Under the pieces are notes generated by a model, which ran no database searches, was not told where the DNA came from, and saw only the letters and a list, made by a program, of their open reading frames with translations. Below, piece by piece: positions 44,008 through 52,939 of a stretch of 64,000 bases of DNA (position 1 is the stretch's first letter; every line of letters starts with the position of its first letter). The DNA comes from Candidatus Bathyarchaeota archaeon (GTDB lineage: Archaea; Thermoproteota; Bathyarchaeia; Bathyarchaeales; Bathycorpusculaceae), in contig CAWABA010000005.1 in NCBI GenBank assembly GCA_963780185.1, forward strand, positions 1 to 64,000. Direction: 5' to 3'. The translations under genes were made by a program, and so were the position numbers.

Positions 44008-45482
44008 TGAGCGTCGCCTCCAGCCTTCTGAAGCGCCTGCATCAGCGCCCTCGCTTTATGCTCGGTCTCAAACCATTCCTGCTCGGGCACCGAGTCAGCC
44101 ACGACTCCTCCGCCAGCCTGAATGTAGGCTTGGTTTTTCTGGGCGAAGAGGGTTCGGATGGTTATGGCGAAATCCGCGTTGCCGTTGTATGAGAAGTAGC
44201 CTACTGCTCCAGCGTAGGGTCCGCGCCTCACAGGTTCCAGTTCATCGATGATTTCCATGGCTCGCACCTTGGGCGCTCCAGAAACCGTTCCCGCTGGAAA
44301 AACAGCTCGCAACGCATCGTAACTTTGGAGACCATCTCTGAGCTGCCCCACTACTCGGGAAACGATGTGCTGAACGTGGCTGTACTGGTGAACCTTCATG
44401 AATTCAGGTACATGTACGGTTCCGTACTTGCTGATTCTTCCCACGTCGTTTCGCGCCAAATCAACAAGCATCACATGTTCAGCGCGTTCCTTGGGGTCGG
44501 CAAGCAACTCAGCAACCAACCTGCCATTTTCCACTGGGTTATCAGCGACGGGTCGAGTGCCTGCAATCGGAAACGTTTCCACCGTCCTGTTCTCGACGCG
44601 AACCAGCATCTCTGGGCTTGCGCCGACGATTTGGCGGTCGCCCGAGCTGTAATAGTACATGTAGGGCGAGGGGTTGATGGTTCTCAGCGCCTCGTAGAAG
44701 GGGATTAGGTTGCCTTTTACTTGGAATTGGAATCGTTTGGAGGGGACAACCTGGAAGATGTCGCCTGCCGTGATGTACGCTTTCGCTTTTTCCACCGCAG
44801 CTTCGTAGACTTCTTTCTTAATGTTCACTTTAGGCTGAGTGTACGATAACTGGTTGGGCTCACTCGGCTGCTTGAGGAGGCTTTCAACTTCGGGCAGGCG
44901 GTTTTCGCTTCGGTAATAGTAGAAGGCTTGCTTCTTAGGGTGATTGAAGACGAAGCCGTCGTCAAATATGCCCATTTCTAAATCAGGAAAGCCAAGGTCA
45001 TCCTTGCTGTTCTCGGGCAGTTTTTCCCAGTAACGCACGGCGTCATAGGAGATGTAGCCGACTGCTCCGCCGACAAACCTAAATTGGGCGTTCGGGGCGT
45101 CTTCACACTTTAAGAGCTGCTCCAAAATTTCGAGTGGGTCACTTGTTTTCTCAGTGACGGTTTCGCCTGTTCTTTCGTTTTTTACTTGGGCTTCACCGTT
45201 TTTTGTTTGGATGGTGATTTTGGGGTCGAAGCCGATGAATGAGTATTGTGCGAGCTTTTTTGGTCCTTCGATTGATTCTAAAAGATATGCGGTTGGGTGT
45301 TGTTTTTGGAGTTTTGAGAAGATTTCAAGCGGTTGTTGGGTTAGGGTGATTTTTTTGATTTTCAGGGGGTTAGCTGGTTTGGTTTGTGTGGCTGTCGTGC
45401 CAAAGGCGATTCCCCATTTGTTCTGTTCTCCGTATGGTTCAGAAGCATACTTCAATGTGTTATTTAAGGCTTGTCTGCACAA
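44004..45482 (-). CDS. trpE: anthranilate synthase component I (start uncertain)
   Basis: LLES, NPSPYM, PIAGT, KERAEHVMLVDLARND, PAGTVSGAPK. Confidence 0.95.
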   Translation of the reverse strand: MCRQALNNTLKYASEPYGEQNKWGIAFGTTATQTKPANPLKIKKITLTQQPLEIFSKLQKQHPTAYLLESIEGPKKLAQYSFIGFDPKITIQTKNGEAQVKNERTGETVTEKTSDPLEILEQLLKCEDAPNAQFRFVGGAVGYISYDAVRYWEKLPENSKDDLGFPDLEMGIFDDGFVFNHPKKQAFYYYRSENRLPEVESLLKQPSEPNQLSYTQPKVNIKKEVYEAAVEKAKAYITAGDIFQVVPSKRFQFQVKGNLIPFYEALRTINPSPYMYYYSSGDRQIVGASPEMLVRVENRTVETFPIAGTRPVADNPVENGRLVAELLADPKERAEHVMLVDLARNDVGRISKYGTVHVPEFMKVHQYSHVQHIVSRVVGQLRDGLQSYDALRAVFPAGTVSGAPKVRAMEIIDELEPVRRGPYAGAVGYFSYNGNADFAITIRTLFAQKNQAYIQAGGGVVADSVPEQEWFETEHKARALMQALQKAGGDAQ

Positions 45483-45491
45483 AAACGTACA

Positions 45492-45827
45492 TTAAGACTT
45501 GGGCTTAAGCGCAAGTCCCATCCAATCCAAATAAGCCTTCGAACCATCAACAATCGGAAGCGCCAAAACCTCAGGAACCTCATAACTATGCAGCCGCCGA
45601 ACATGCCCCTCAACCTCCTCAAACAGGTCCCTGCGCGACTTCATAACAACCAAGCATTCCTCAGCCCTCTCAAGGTTGCCAACCCAATAAAAAAACGAAG
45701 TGACAGGACTAACGATGTTTGCGCAGGCGATTAAACGTTCTTCAACAAGCTTCTTGGAAATCTTTTCCGCTTCCTCTCTATCCTTCGCCGTAACCAAGAT
45801 GACAATGTAATCGTTCATGTTCTTCAC
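45492..45827 (-). CDS. cutA: divalent cation tolerance protein CutA
   Basis: LIACANI, SFFYW.G, HSYEVPE. Confidence 0.92.
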   Translation of the reverse strand: MKNMNDYIVILVTAKDREEAEKISKKLVEERLIACANIVSPVTSFFYWVGNLERAEECLVVMKSRRDLFEEVEGHVRRLHSYEVPEVLALPIVDGSKAYLDWMGLALKPKS

Positions 45828-45952
45828 TAAGCTAAAGTTGATTTTTACCCATAAAAACCTGCATGCACCAAAAATTCCCGCCTAAGCTCACAAAATGCTT
45901 AATGCATCAAAAAAGTTTGATAGATATTCAGGTAAAAAAGTGAAAAGGCACA

Positions 45953-46087
45953 TTAGTTACCTGTTGGGGACAGAGTTGCAAGGTGAGATATCGAAATCTT
46001 TAGATTGCTTTGTTCAGGTGTTTGGGCTTTTTTTGTCGTAGTTCTTGTTTCTGTTTCCTCATGAATCTGGGTTGGTAAATTACACAT
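45953..46087 (-). CDS. possible 44-aa small ORF
   Basis: ATG preceded by GGAGG; MCNLPTQIHEETETRTTTKK... Confidence 0.3.
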   Translation of the reverse strand: MCNLPTQIHEETETRTTTKKAQTPEQSNLKISISHLATLSPTGN

Positions 46088-46259
46088 GGTTTTTTCCTCC
46101 GCCTTCTCGATTTTAAGAAGGCGCGGAGATTTTTAGGGGTACCCAGCATTTTCTATATAGTATTTTGTTTTTACTGCCCCTCAGCAAACCGTTTTTTTAG
46201 GTGGATGGTTAAGACATTTAAATTCTCGTTTAAGTAATACATGCGTTGAGGGAACGTTT

Positions 46260-46766
46260 TTGAAGGAAGAACAGTTTAAGGTTTTAAAAACGCTAAGCGA
46301 AATCACAAGCCGCATTGACTTAGGCATGTTTGCCCAAAAAGTCAACTTAACATCGGATCAAACAATAAATCAAATCCAAGAACTAACAAAAGAGGGTTTC
46401 TTGCAGAAGGTCGGAGGCGGCTTCGGCATAACTCCAAAGGGAAAAGCAGCCCTCAAAGTCTTCACCCCTGTCCCGACAGACATGAGTTTCCGCTTCTATT
46501 ATGGCATCGACCAACCATCAGAGTTTACAGCTGAATCACTTGAAAAGTTCTACATGGTTATAAAACAAATCAGCGCCGAATCCGTTGAATTCCACCTAAG
46601 TCGAGGCGACTTCGGAAACTGGCTTAAGGGCGTCTGCAAAGAACCCGAGCTTGCCAGCGAATTTGAGCAGGCGGCTGCTGCGGGTTTGAAAGGTGAGGAA
46701 CTTAGAGCAGAACTTTTAAAAGTGCTTGACGGAAAATACGACGTTGAAGGTTTAGTTAACCATTAG
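46260..46766 (+). CDS. wHTH plus DUF5752-like protein
   Basis: F.FY...A.SLE.F...SVEFHL.RGDF.NW motif. Confidence 0.65.
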   Translation: MKEEQFKVLKTLSEITSRIDLGMFAQKVNLTSDQTINQIQELTKEGFLQKVGGGFGITPKGKAALKVFTPVPTDMSFRFYYGIDQPSEFTAESLEKFYMVIKQISAESVEFHLSRGDFGNWLKGVCKEPELASEFEQAAAAGLKGEELRAELLKVLDGKYDVEGLVNH

Positions 46767-46768
46767 TT

Positions 46769-47233
46769 TTACTGGTTTAGTTTGATCCACCAGTCGGGAA
46801 CGCGGTGGTTTTCGGCGTTGTCCCAAGAGTCGAACGGTTTGATGTCCAGAACTGGTGTGCCGTCGTAGGCGTCTAAGCCGCGAACCGTCAAAACGTTGTC
46901 TTCAACTTTTAGCAGTTCAACTAGGGTTAAGCCGATGGGGTTGGGTCGCTGGTTGGTTCTAAGCGCGAAGACGCCCAAAAGAGGCATATCCACTCGTCCT
47001 CTCGGATGAAATTTCAGCGCCCGATTCTGACCGTTTACTTCGCTTAGCCAGAAAAGCACAAACACATGCGAAAAACCTTCGATGCCATCCAACGCCTCAA
47101 CTAACCCTGAGTTAAGTATGATTTTTGAAATCCTTGTTTTGTCTTTAACTTCGTTGCCTACCGCGTCGGTTCTAACGTATCCAATGGGGTTCAAAACAAT
47201 CTGCTGCTGCGAAAACATACGATATCCGCTCAA
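46769..47233 (-). CDS. tsaA: tRNA m6t6A37 methyltransferase TrmO/TsaA family
   Basis: PIGYV, FSHV, GVFALR..RPNPIGL, GLDAYDGTPVLDIKP. Confidence 0.9.
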   Translation of the reverse strand: MSGYRMFSQQQIVLNPIGYVRTDAVGNEVKDKTRISKIILNSGLVEALDGIEGFSHVFVLFWLSEVNGQNRALKFHPRGRVDMPLLGVFALRTNQRPNPIGLTLVELLKVEDNVLTVRGLDAYDGTPVLDIKPFDSWDNAENHRVPDWWIKLNQ

Positions 47234-47298
47234 TATTTCTGTGCAGCAGAAACTATATAAGCCTTCGACTAACTATGGCGAAACGGTGAAGAAAGAAT

Positions 47299-47550
47299 TT
47301 GCCTTTTATTGAAGATCTTTCGAAGCTTCCGAATGCGGCAATCATATTATACATGCTGGCTTTCTTTCTCTCGTTCGGAGTAATCTCGAACTTCATCGAC
47401 AGCGAAGGTATCTTGTACAACCTCTTGCAGGGCGTATTCATTTCAGCGGTAACCGGCGGCATATTGTATTTTGCTAGGCACCTGAGTCGACGCCGAATTG
47501 CCAACTCAGTTAAATTGCAGCCAACAACCCCACAGAAGACTCCTATTTAG
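47299..47550 (+). CDS. small membrane protein
   Basis: Two hydrophobic helices. Confidence 0.4.
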   Translation: MPFIEDLSKLPNAAIILYMLAFFLSFGVISNFIDSEGILYNLLQGVFISAVTGGILYFARHLSRRRIANSVKLQPTTPQKTPI

Positions 47551-47682
47551 AACCACAAAAAGCACTCCATAAAAACATAAAAGAGTTGTATTGGTTATTA
47601 GTTTTTGATTGCATCAGGCTGTAACAACAAAACCGCAAGCTCTATATTATCCAGTGAAGCCATTTTCAAAAGCAAGCGATGC

Positions 47683-47760
47683 GGGCCCGTGGCTCAGTCA
47701 GGCCAGAGCGGCGGACTCTTAATCCGTAGGTCGCGGGTTCAATTCCCGTCGGGCCCGCCA
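47683..47760 (+). tRNA. tRNA-Lys(CTT)
   Basis: GGGCCCG/CGGGCCC acceptor, GCGGA-CT-CTT-AA-TCCGT, GGTTCAATTCC, CCA. Confidence 0.96.
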
Positions 47761-47812
47761 ATCTCTAAAAAATTGTGAAACCTTAAATCAGACAATACGT
47801 TTTACAATATGT

Positions 47813-48034
47813 ATGACAAAAACGATTTGCGTCCGAATCTCCGACGAAGAAAAGCGCCAACTTCAGAAGTACGGCAAGCTCTCAGACACATTAAGAGAAG
47901 CTATGAAACTTTATCTAAACACCAAGCAGTCCGACGAGTTACTCAAGAAACTGGCGAATTTGCAAGCTCAGAATCCCATAAAGATGTCAACTGAGGAAAT
48001 AGTGGGGCTGATTCGGGAGGACAGAAGTCGCTGA
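47813..48034 (+). CDS. RHH antitoxin (VapB-like)
   Basis: TICVRIS...LSDTLREAM; ends IREDR; upstream of PIN gene. Confidence 0.8.
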   Translation: MTKTICVRISDEEKRQLQKYGKLSDTLREAMKLYLNTKQSDELLKKLANLQAQNPIKMSTEEIVGLIREDRSR

Positions 48035-48417
48035 TAGTCGGCGACAGCAGCTATATTGTCGAGGCGCTTCTGGAGAATCAGAGTTTGCTCGCTGATGAGC
48101 AAATTGTAACATCGGATGTGGCTGTTTACGAAGTAGCTAATGCTGTTTGGAAGCGAGAGAATCTTCTAAAGAATTTAGAGAACGGCCTGCAATACATAGC
48201 CATTTTCTTCGGTTTTATAGAATCAGGAAAAATTGTGGTTCTACCCTCAAACGAAAATCTAATGCAAGAATCCTATAAAATAGCCAAGCGAAGCAGCATT
48301 ACACTCTATGATGCAGTCTTCGTCGCCTTAGCGCTTGAGTTTGGTTTACCTCTAAAGACTTTAGACAAGGCTCAAATCCGCGCTTTCAAGTTAGAAAGTC
48401 ATAACCGAACCATATAG
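48031..48417 (+). CDS. vapC: VapC PIN-domain toxin (probable CTG start)
   Basis: IVGDSS, YEVANAVWK, ITLYDA.FVALA, TLD. Confidence 0.85.
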   Translation: MIVGDSSYIVEALLENQSLLADEQIVTSDVAVYEVANAVWKRENLLKNLENGLQYIAIFFGFIESGKIVVLPSNENLMQESYKIAKRSSITLYDAVFVALALEFGLPLKTLDKAQIRAFKLESHNRTI

Positions 48418-48535
48418 CTAATTCCACTCTACGCGTTCATCAAATCACCAGAACCCTGAACTTTTATCTGAATGTCGCATGTTCAATTCCCGTCTGACTC
48501 GCCAAAATCAACGTGGCGTCTTGTTGCAGCTTTTT

Positions 48536-49468
48536 CTATAGTCTACGCGGTTTTTGCAACGGTTGACTTCTCGGCACGTCGCGGTTTGGTTTGGTCTCGG
48601 TTTTCAGGAGTTCCTTTAGTCGCCAAACTAATACGTCACGATCGTTGGGTTGTTGCTGCACCCACAATTCACGGTATTCTCGGAACTGTTGCCCAGAGAT
48701 TTTACCTTTCGATTGCAGCTCGCCAAGTAGCTTCACGAATCCTCTAAGTTCCAGCTGCTCGTTAGTTTCTACATTGCCAATTTTGCCCCCGCTTGCTGCA
48801 GTCGGGGCTGGTTCTCTGTCAGGCGGCGGATAATTGTTGTATAAGAATCTGGTGAAATACGTGATTTCCCAAGACTTCGTTGTGGGCAAGCTGTCTTTGG
48901 CTTTCAGCAACTCAGCGGTGTAGTAAGCATATTCTGCTCCTAAAGAGTAAAATTTGGTTCCACCGCTTGGGGCATCGGTTATTCGGTTAACGAAATGCTT
49001 TAGGTGCTGGTTACTGAAGATCGGCACTACCGCTAGGCTTTCGTAGTTGAAGCAAAATATGGTTTTTTTGGCTAGAAGCTTATCGTTTCCTAAACCGTTT
49101 ATTTTTTCCCACGGAGCATCCACTTTTTGAGCTAACTGCTTGTTCTTATCCACCACGACGCGGAGCAGATTTTTGAAGTCGCCAAGTTGCATCCTGATAT
49201 TTCGGTAAATATTAGAATTCTGGATCGCAACGTGTCCAATTGGATCGAGGGAATAAACTAAATAACGGAAGAACTCGCCTGTTTCGTTTAAATCAGGCTT
49301 GAAGATTTGGTCGGGGTCCAGCCAATCTATCGACTGCGGGTTTTCTGCGAAAGGAAATTTTACTCTAAATTCCTTTAGCATCCCGAGCGCTTTTTCAACT
49401 TCGCGCTTCATCAACCCGTTTTTGTCGTAAGCGTTTGCTTGTTCAAGCATTGAATTTCTTCGAGACAT
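48536..49468 (-). CDS. hypothetical protein
   Basis: 310-aa open frame filling the intergenic space; no family recognised. Confidence 0.55.
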   Translation of the reverse strand: MSRRNSMLEQANAYDKNGLMKREVEKALGMLKEFRVKFPFAENPQSIDWLDPDQIFKPDLNETGEFFRYLVYSLDPIGHVAIQNSNIYRNIRMQLGDFKNLLRVVVDKNKQLAQKVDAPWEKINGLGNDKLLAKKTIFCFNYESLAVVPIFSNQHLKHFVNRITDAPSGGTKFYSLGAEYAYYTAELLKAKDSLPTTKSWEITYFTRFLYNNYPPPDREPAPTAASGGKIGNVETNEQLELRGFVKLLGELQSKGKISGQQFREYRELWVQQQPNDRDVLVWRLKELLKTETKPNRDVPRSQPLQKPRRL

Positions 49469-49522
49469 TTTCAGCCCTATCTGTATTGCTAACGGGGGAA
49501 TAAGAACATTGCAGCCAAACGG

Positions 49523-50155
49523 CTAACGCCAGGTTTTGTTGCCGTGCTTCTCCCAAAGGCGCCGAACGAAGCTCAGGAATAACGGAACAATCCAAAAAAT
49601 GAATCTTAAGTGAATGCTTATTTTGCCGCTAATCGGAACCGCTAAAGTCCAAAAGAAGGGTAGAACAGAGATGAAGAAGATTGCCGCGCCAACTATCTCT
49701 GCATTTCTCACCGCCACATAATGGCGAAGCTGGTGTTCTGGTCTATTTTTATCGGCTAAAATGGAGTTGGCTAAGAGGGCTTGAATTGAGAATAATCCTC
49801 CCAGGTCGAGAGCGTAGAGTATCGAAACGTCCTGTGCTGGAATGGTTGCGGAATTAAGTTGGTTAAACAGGAAAGGCTCGATGGAAACCAGGAACAGAAG
49901 CAGGATGTTGAGTTCAACTTCTCTTCGCGTTTCAATATGCACATTTGACATTGTCCGAGTGTACCCGTACCAGACGCTGATTAGTATGAGAAAACTAAAC
50001 GCGTAAAAAACTATAGATTCAACCAGATCCTGAAAGCTGCTTGGAGCATTCCCGATTAACGTGAGTGCGCCGATGGAGAGGGCTAACCCGAAAATCAGGT
50101 CGGAAAGAGTTTCTATGCGGGATTTCGGCGTTGATCTTTCTTTTTCCTCAGCCAT
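49523..50155 (-). CDS. TMEM175-family (DUF1211) potassium channel-like protein
   Basis: RIETLSDLIFGLALSI (R...FSD-like motif), multiple TM helices; start at MAEEKE. Confidence 0.8.
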   Translation of the reverse strand: MAEEKERSTPKSRIETLSDLIFGLALSIGALTLIGNAPSSFQDLVESIVFYAFSFLILISVWYGYTRTMSNVHIETRREVELNILLLFLVSIEPFLFNQLNSATIPAQDVSILYALDLGGLFSIQALLANSILADKNRPEHQLRHYVAVRNAEIVGAAIFFISVLPFFWTLAVPISGKISIHLRFIFWIVPLFLSFVRRLWEKHGNKTWR

Positions 50156-50273
50156 AAGAGCGCTCACTTGATAGGTTAATTGTCTGAGGGGCAATATAGA
50201 ATTAATGCAGCGGTCAACCTCAAAATCGGAAAAATCAAAGAAAAAAGAGTTGGGAATGTGGTTTTTTGGGTGA

Positions 50274-51131
50274 TTAGATGTGTGTTTGCTCGCGTTTTTT
50301 GAAGACGACGAATGCTGCTGCGCAAGCGACCAATGCCAGCAATGCGCCGAAACCGTATTCAGGTGCAGCGAAGCTTGGTGTGACGGTGAATTGCGCGAAC
50401 GCGGTGTTACCATAATAGTTGTTGTAGTCAACGAAGGCAACTATGCAAGGGCCTATGCCGATATCGTTTGGAACAGTGAATGTTGCTGTGAATGTGCCGT
50501 CAGATTGAATAGGTACTGGGTACGGCGTTGATGGAACTTCGTTTCCGTAGGTAGCAGACGCTATGACGCATGCGAGTGTATTGCCATTTCCATCTGCTAT
50601 GTCTCCTGGGTCAAAGCCTGTTCCAGTAACCGTCACAACGGTGCCCATAGGACCAGACGATTGGCTTAGAGTGATTGAGGGCCCTAAGATTGTAAACAGC
50701 TGGAAAGCAACGTTGCCGCTTGTATCAGAGACTACGATTGTATATACTCCGCCAGGCATTGGACCGAGTTCCACGCCGTCTAATTCGAAACCACCTGCGC
50801 CGTCAGCGGTAACTATGTCTACATTGTTTATATCGGGATACGGAACTGCAGTGGGAATGTCAGAGGGTCCAATGGCGCCTGCATAAGCGGTAATGTAAAT
50901 GTCGTCGCCAGGTTGGAAGCCTGTGCCAATTGCCGTTACTGTGTCACCAGCGAAACCGCTTGGTAGCCCTGTGTTGTCATTAAGTAAGGTGAAAGTTGCG
51001 GTTGGATCGGTTGGAGCAGTGATAGCTTTTGCCGGCAAAGCCATACAGAGCGATAGAAACATTATGCTTGCTAATGCTATTGCAGTTACTATTTTCTTGT
51101 TTTTCGTATTTTTCTCTCCCTTCTTTTCCAA
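50274..51131 (-). CDS. surface protein with IPT/TIG-like Ig repeats and PEF-CTERM-like anchor
   Basis: GDTVT..GTGF and GTVVTVTGTGF repeats; APEY-TM-KKR tail. Confidence 0.7.
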   Translation of the reverse strand: MEKKGEKNTKNKKIVTAIALASIMFLSLCMALPAKAITAPTDPTATFTLLNDNTGLPSGFAGDTVTAIGTGFQPGDDIYITAYAGAIGPSDIPTAVPYPDINNVDIVTADGAGGFELDGVELGPMPGGVYTIVVSDTSGNVAFQLFTILGPSITLSQSSGPMGTVVTVTGTGFDPGDIADGNGNTLACVIASATYGNEVPSTPYPVPIQSDGTFTATFTVPNDIGIGPCIVAFVDYNNYYGNTAFAQFTVTPSFAAPEYGFGALLALVACAAAFVVFKKREQTHI

Positions 51132-51333
51132 CCAACCATTCGCTGCCGTTTGGTAATAACACTAATTCCGATTTTGGAAATAATCCGAAACAAAACTATA
51201 AATTTAGTCAATTTGCCAATTTTTTTATCAATTAACGTTCAAAAAAATTAAATGCAATCAGGAAGAAAATTAACGGCGCGCAATGCCTTTCCCCGTTACG
51301 CTTTGATACTAAAATCAGAGTAAAAATGCCCTG

Positions 51334-52939
51334 TTAGGTTTGTTTGAATTCTTCTCTTGTCTTCATCTGTCGCCGTTTCAAGTTGTAGCCTAATGAGAAG
51401 TCGTGTGCTGCATCTCGCATTCGCCTTAGTAGCAGCATCATTCGGCTGTTCTTGTCAAATTGCAATGGCGCCGCTTGGTCAGGCAAATAAATTTCTTCAT
51501 GTTCCTTCGCTAAACCAATAAGAGGAATCTTCAAGCCAAGCGTTTGCAACGCCGTTTTTGCCGCGCTCACCTGCCCTGGTCCTCCATCAATCATTACTAG
51601 GTCGGGCAACTGGCTTTTTTCTTCAACCAACCGCTTGTATCTTCGCGTGACCACCTCGTTCATAGAGGCAAAGTCGTCCTGTCCAGTGAAAGTCTTGATT
51701 TTGAATCGGCGATAGTTTTTCTTGTCTGGTTTAGCGTCTTTAAAGCTGACCATACCTGAAACCACATGTTCCTGTCCCAGGTTGGAAACGTCGAAGCACT
51801 CGATTATACGGGGCAACACTGGAAGGTTCAGCTCGGTTTGCAAATCACACAGGGCGCTGTCAACTTCCAACGTGGACTCAAGGTTTTTCTCCGCCAACTG
51901 GACCAACGCCAGCTTGTCGGCTTTTCGAGGTATGACCAAGGACACTGGTGCACCACCGTTTTTCTGTTAGAAATTCTTCAAGAGCCTTTTTTTCTTCAGG
52001 TTCTTGCCAGCAGGGCTTATTTAGCAGAATTTCCCGCGGTATTCGGCTGCTTGTATAGTAAGCTTTGAGGAATTCCTGTTCAACTTGAGGCTGTAGGTCG
52101 ACACTGAACTGTTTCTTGCCGAGAAGAACGCCCTTTCTGACTCCCATTTGGACCGCGAGCATTTTGTCGCCGACCTGCTTAAACGCTAAAATGTCCTGGT
52201 CAAACCGTCGTTCGTTGTCAACAATCTGGCGTTCAGTGACAAGTCTGATGGAGTCGATTTGGTTGCGGAGATCAATTGCAGTTTCGTATTTCTGCCGGGC
52301 TGAGGCTTGCTGCATTTGAGCGGTCAGCTCTTTGATTGTTCCCAGATAGTTCCCGTTCAAGAAAGACCGTGCCCCCGCGATTTGCTCGGCATATTCTTCG
52401 GCAGTGACTTTTTCTATGCATGGTGCTGTGCAGAGGTGGATGTGGTAGTTTAGGCAGGCGCGTTTATGTATGGTTTTGCAGGTGCGCAGCTTGAACACTC
52501 GTTGGACGAGGCGTTGCAGGTCTTGCCGTATGAAGCCTTCGGTGTAGGGTCCGAAGGATTCGAGTTTGCGCGAGGTTTTGCGGCTCATCATTATCCTTGG
52601 GAAGGGCTCCCTTGTAAGCGAGATGTACGCGTAGCTTTTCGCGTCCTTTAGGTCGATGTTGTACTTGGGGGTGTGCTGTTTGATGAGCTTGTTTTCCAGA
52701 AGTAGCGCTTCAACCTCGTTGTTTACGACTATCCAGTCGATACCACGTATTCGGGAAACTAACTGTCGTGTCTTGGCTGGCTGGTCCTTGTTTAAAAAGT
52801 AGCTTTTAACACGTGACCGAAGGCTTTTTGCTTTGCCCACATAGAGGATTTCACCTGCTTCATCCCTGTACAGGTACACACCTGGGTTGGTGGGAATTTC
52901 AGAGCTTTTGAAATCTGATGCACACTTTATTTGAATCAT
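51334..52939 (-). CDS. uvrC: excinuclease ABC subunit C (frameshift near 51955)
   Basis: [22 protein letters not shown] domain; IECFDVS, DGGPGQ, GLAKE RNase H-like domain. Confidence 0.93.

Noticed and set aside
49523-50440. 305-aa TMEM175 ORF with long N-terminal extension
   Set aside because: The extension overlaps the upstream gene and intergenic DNA; the family motif begins just after Met at 50155
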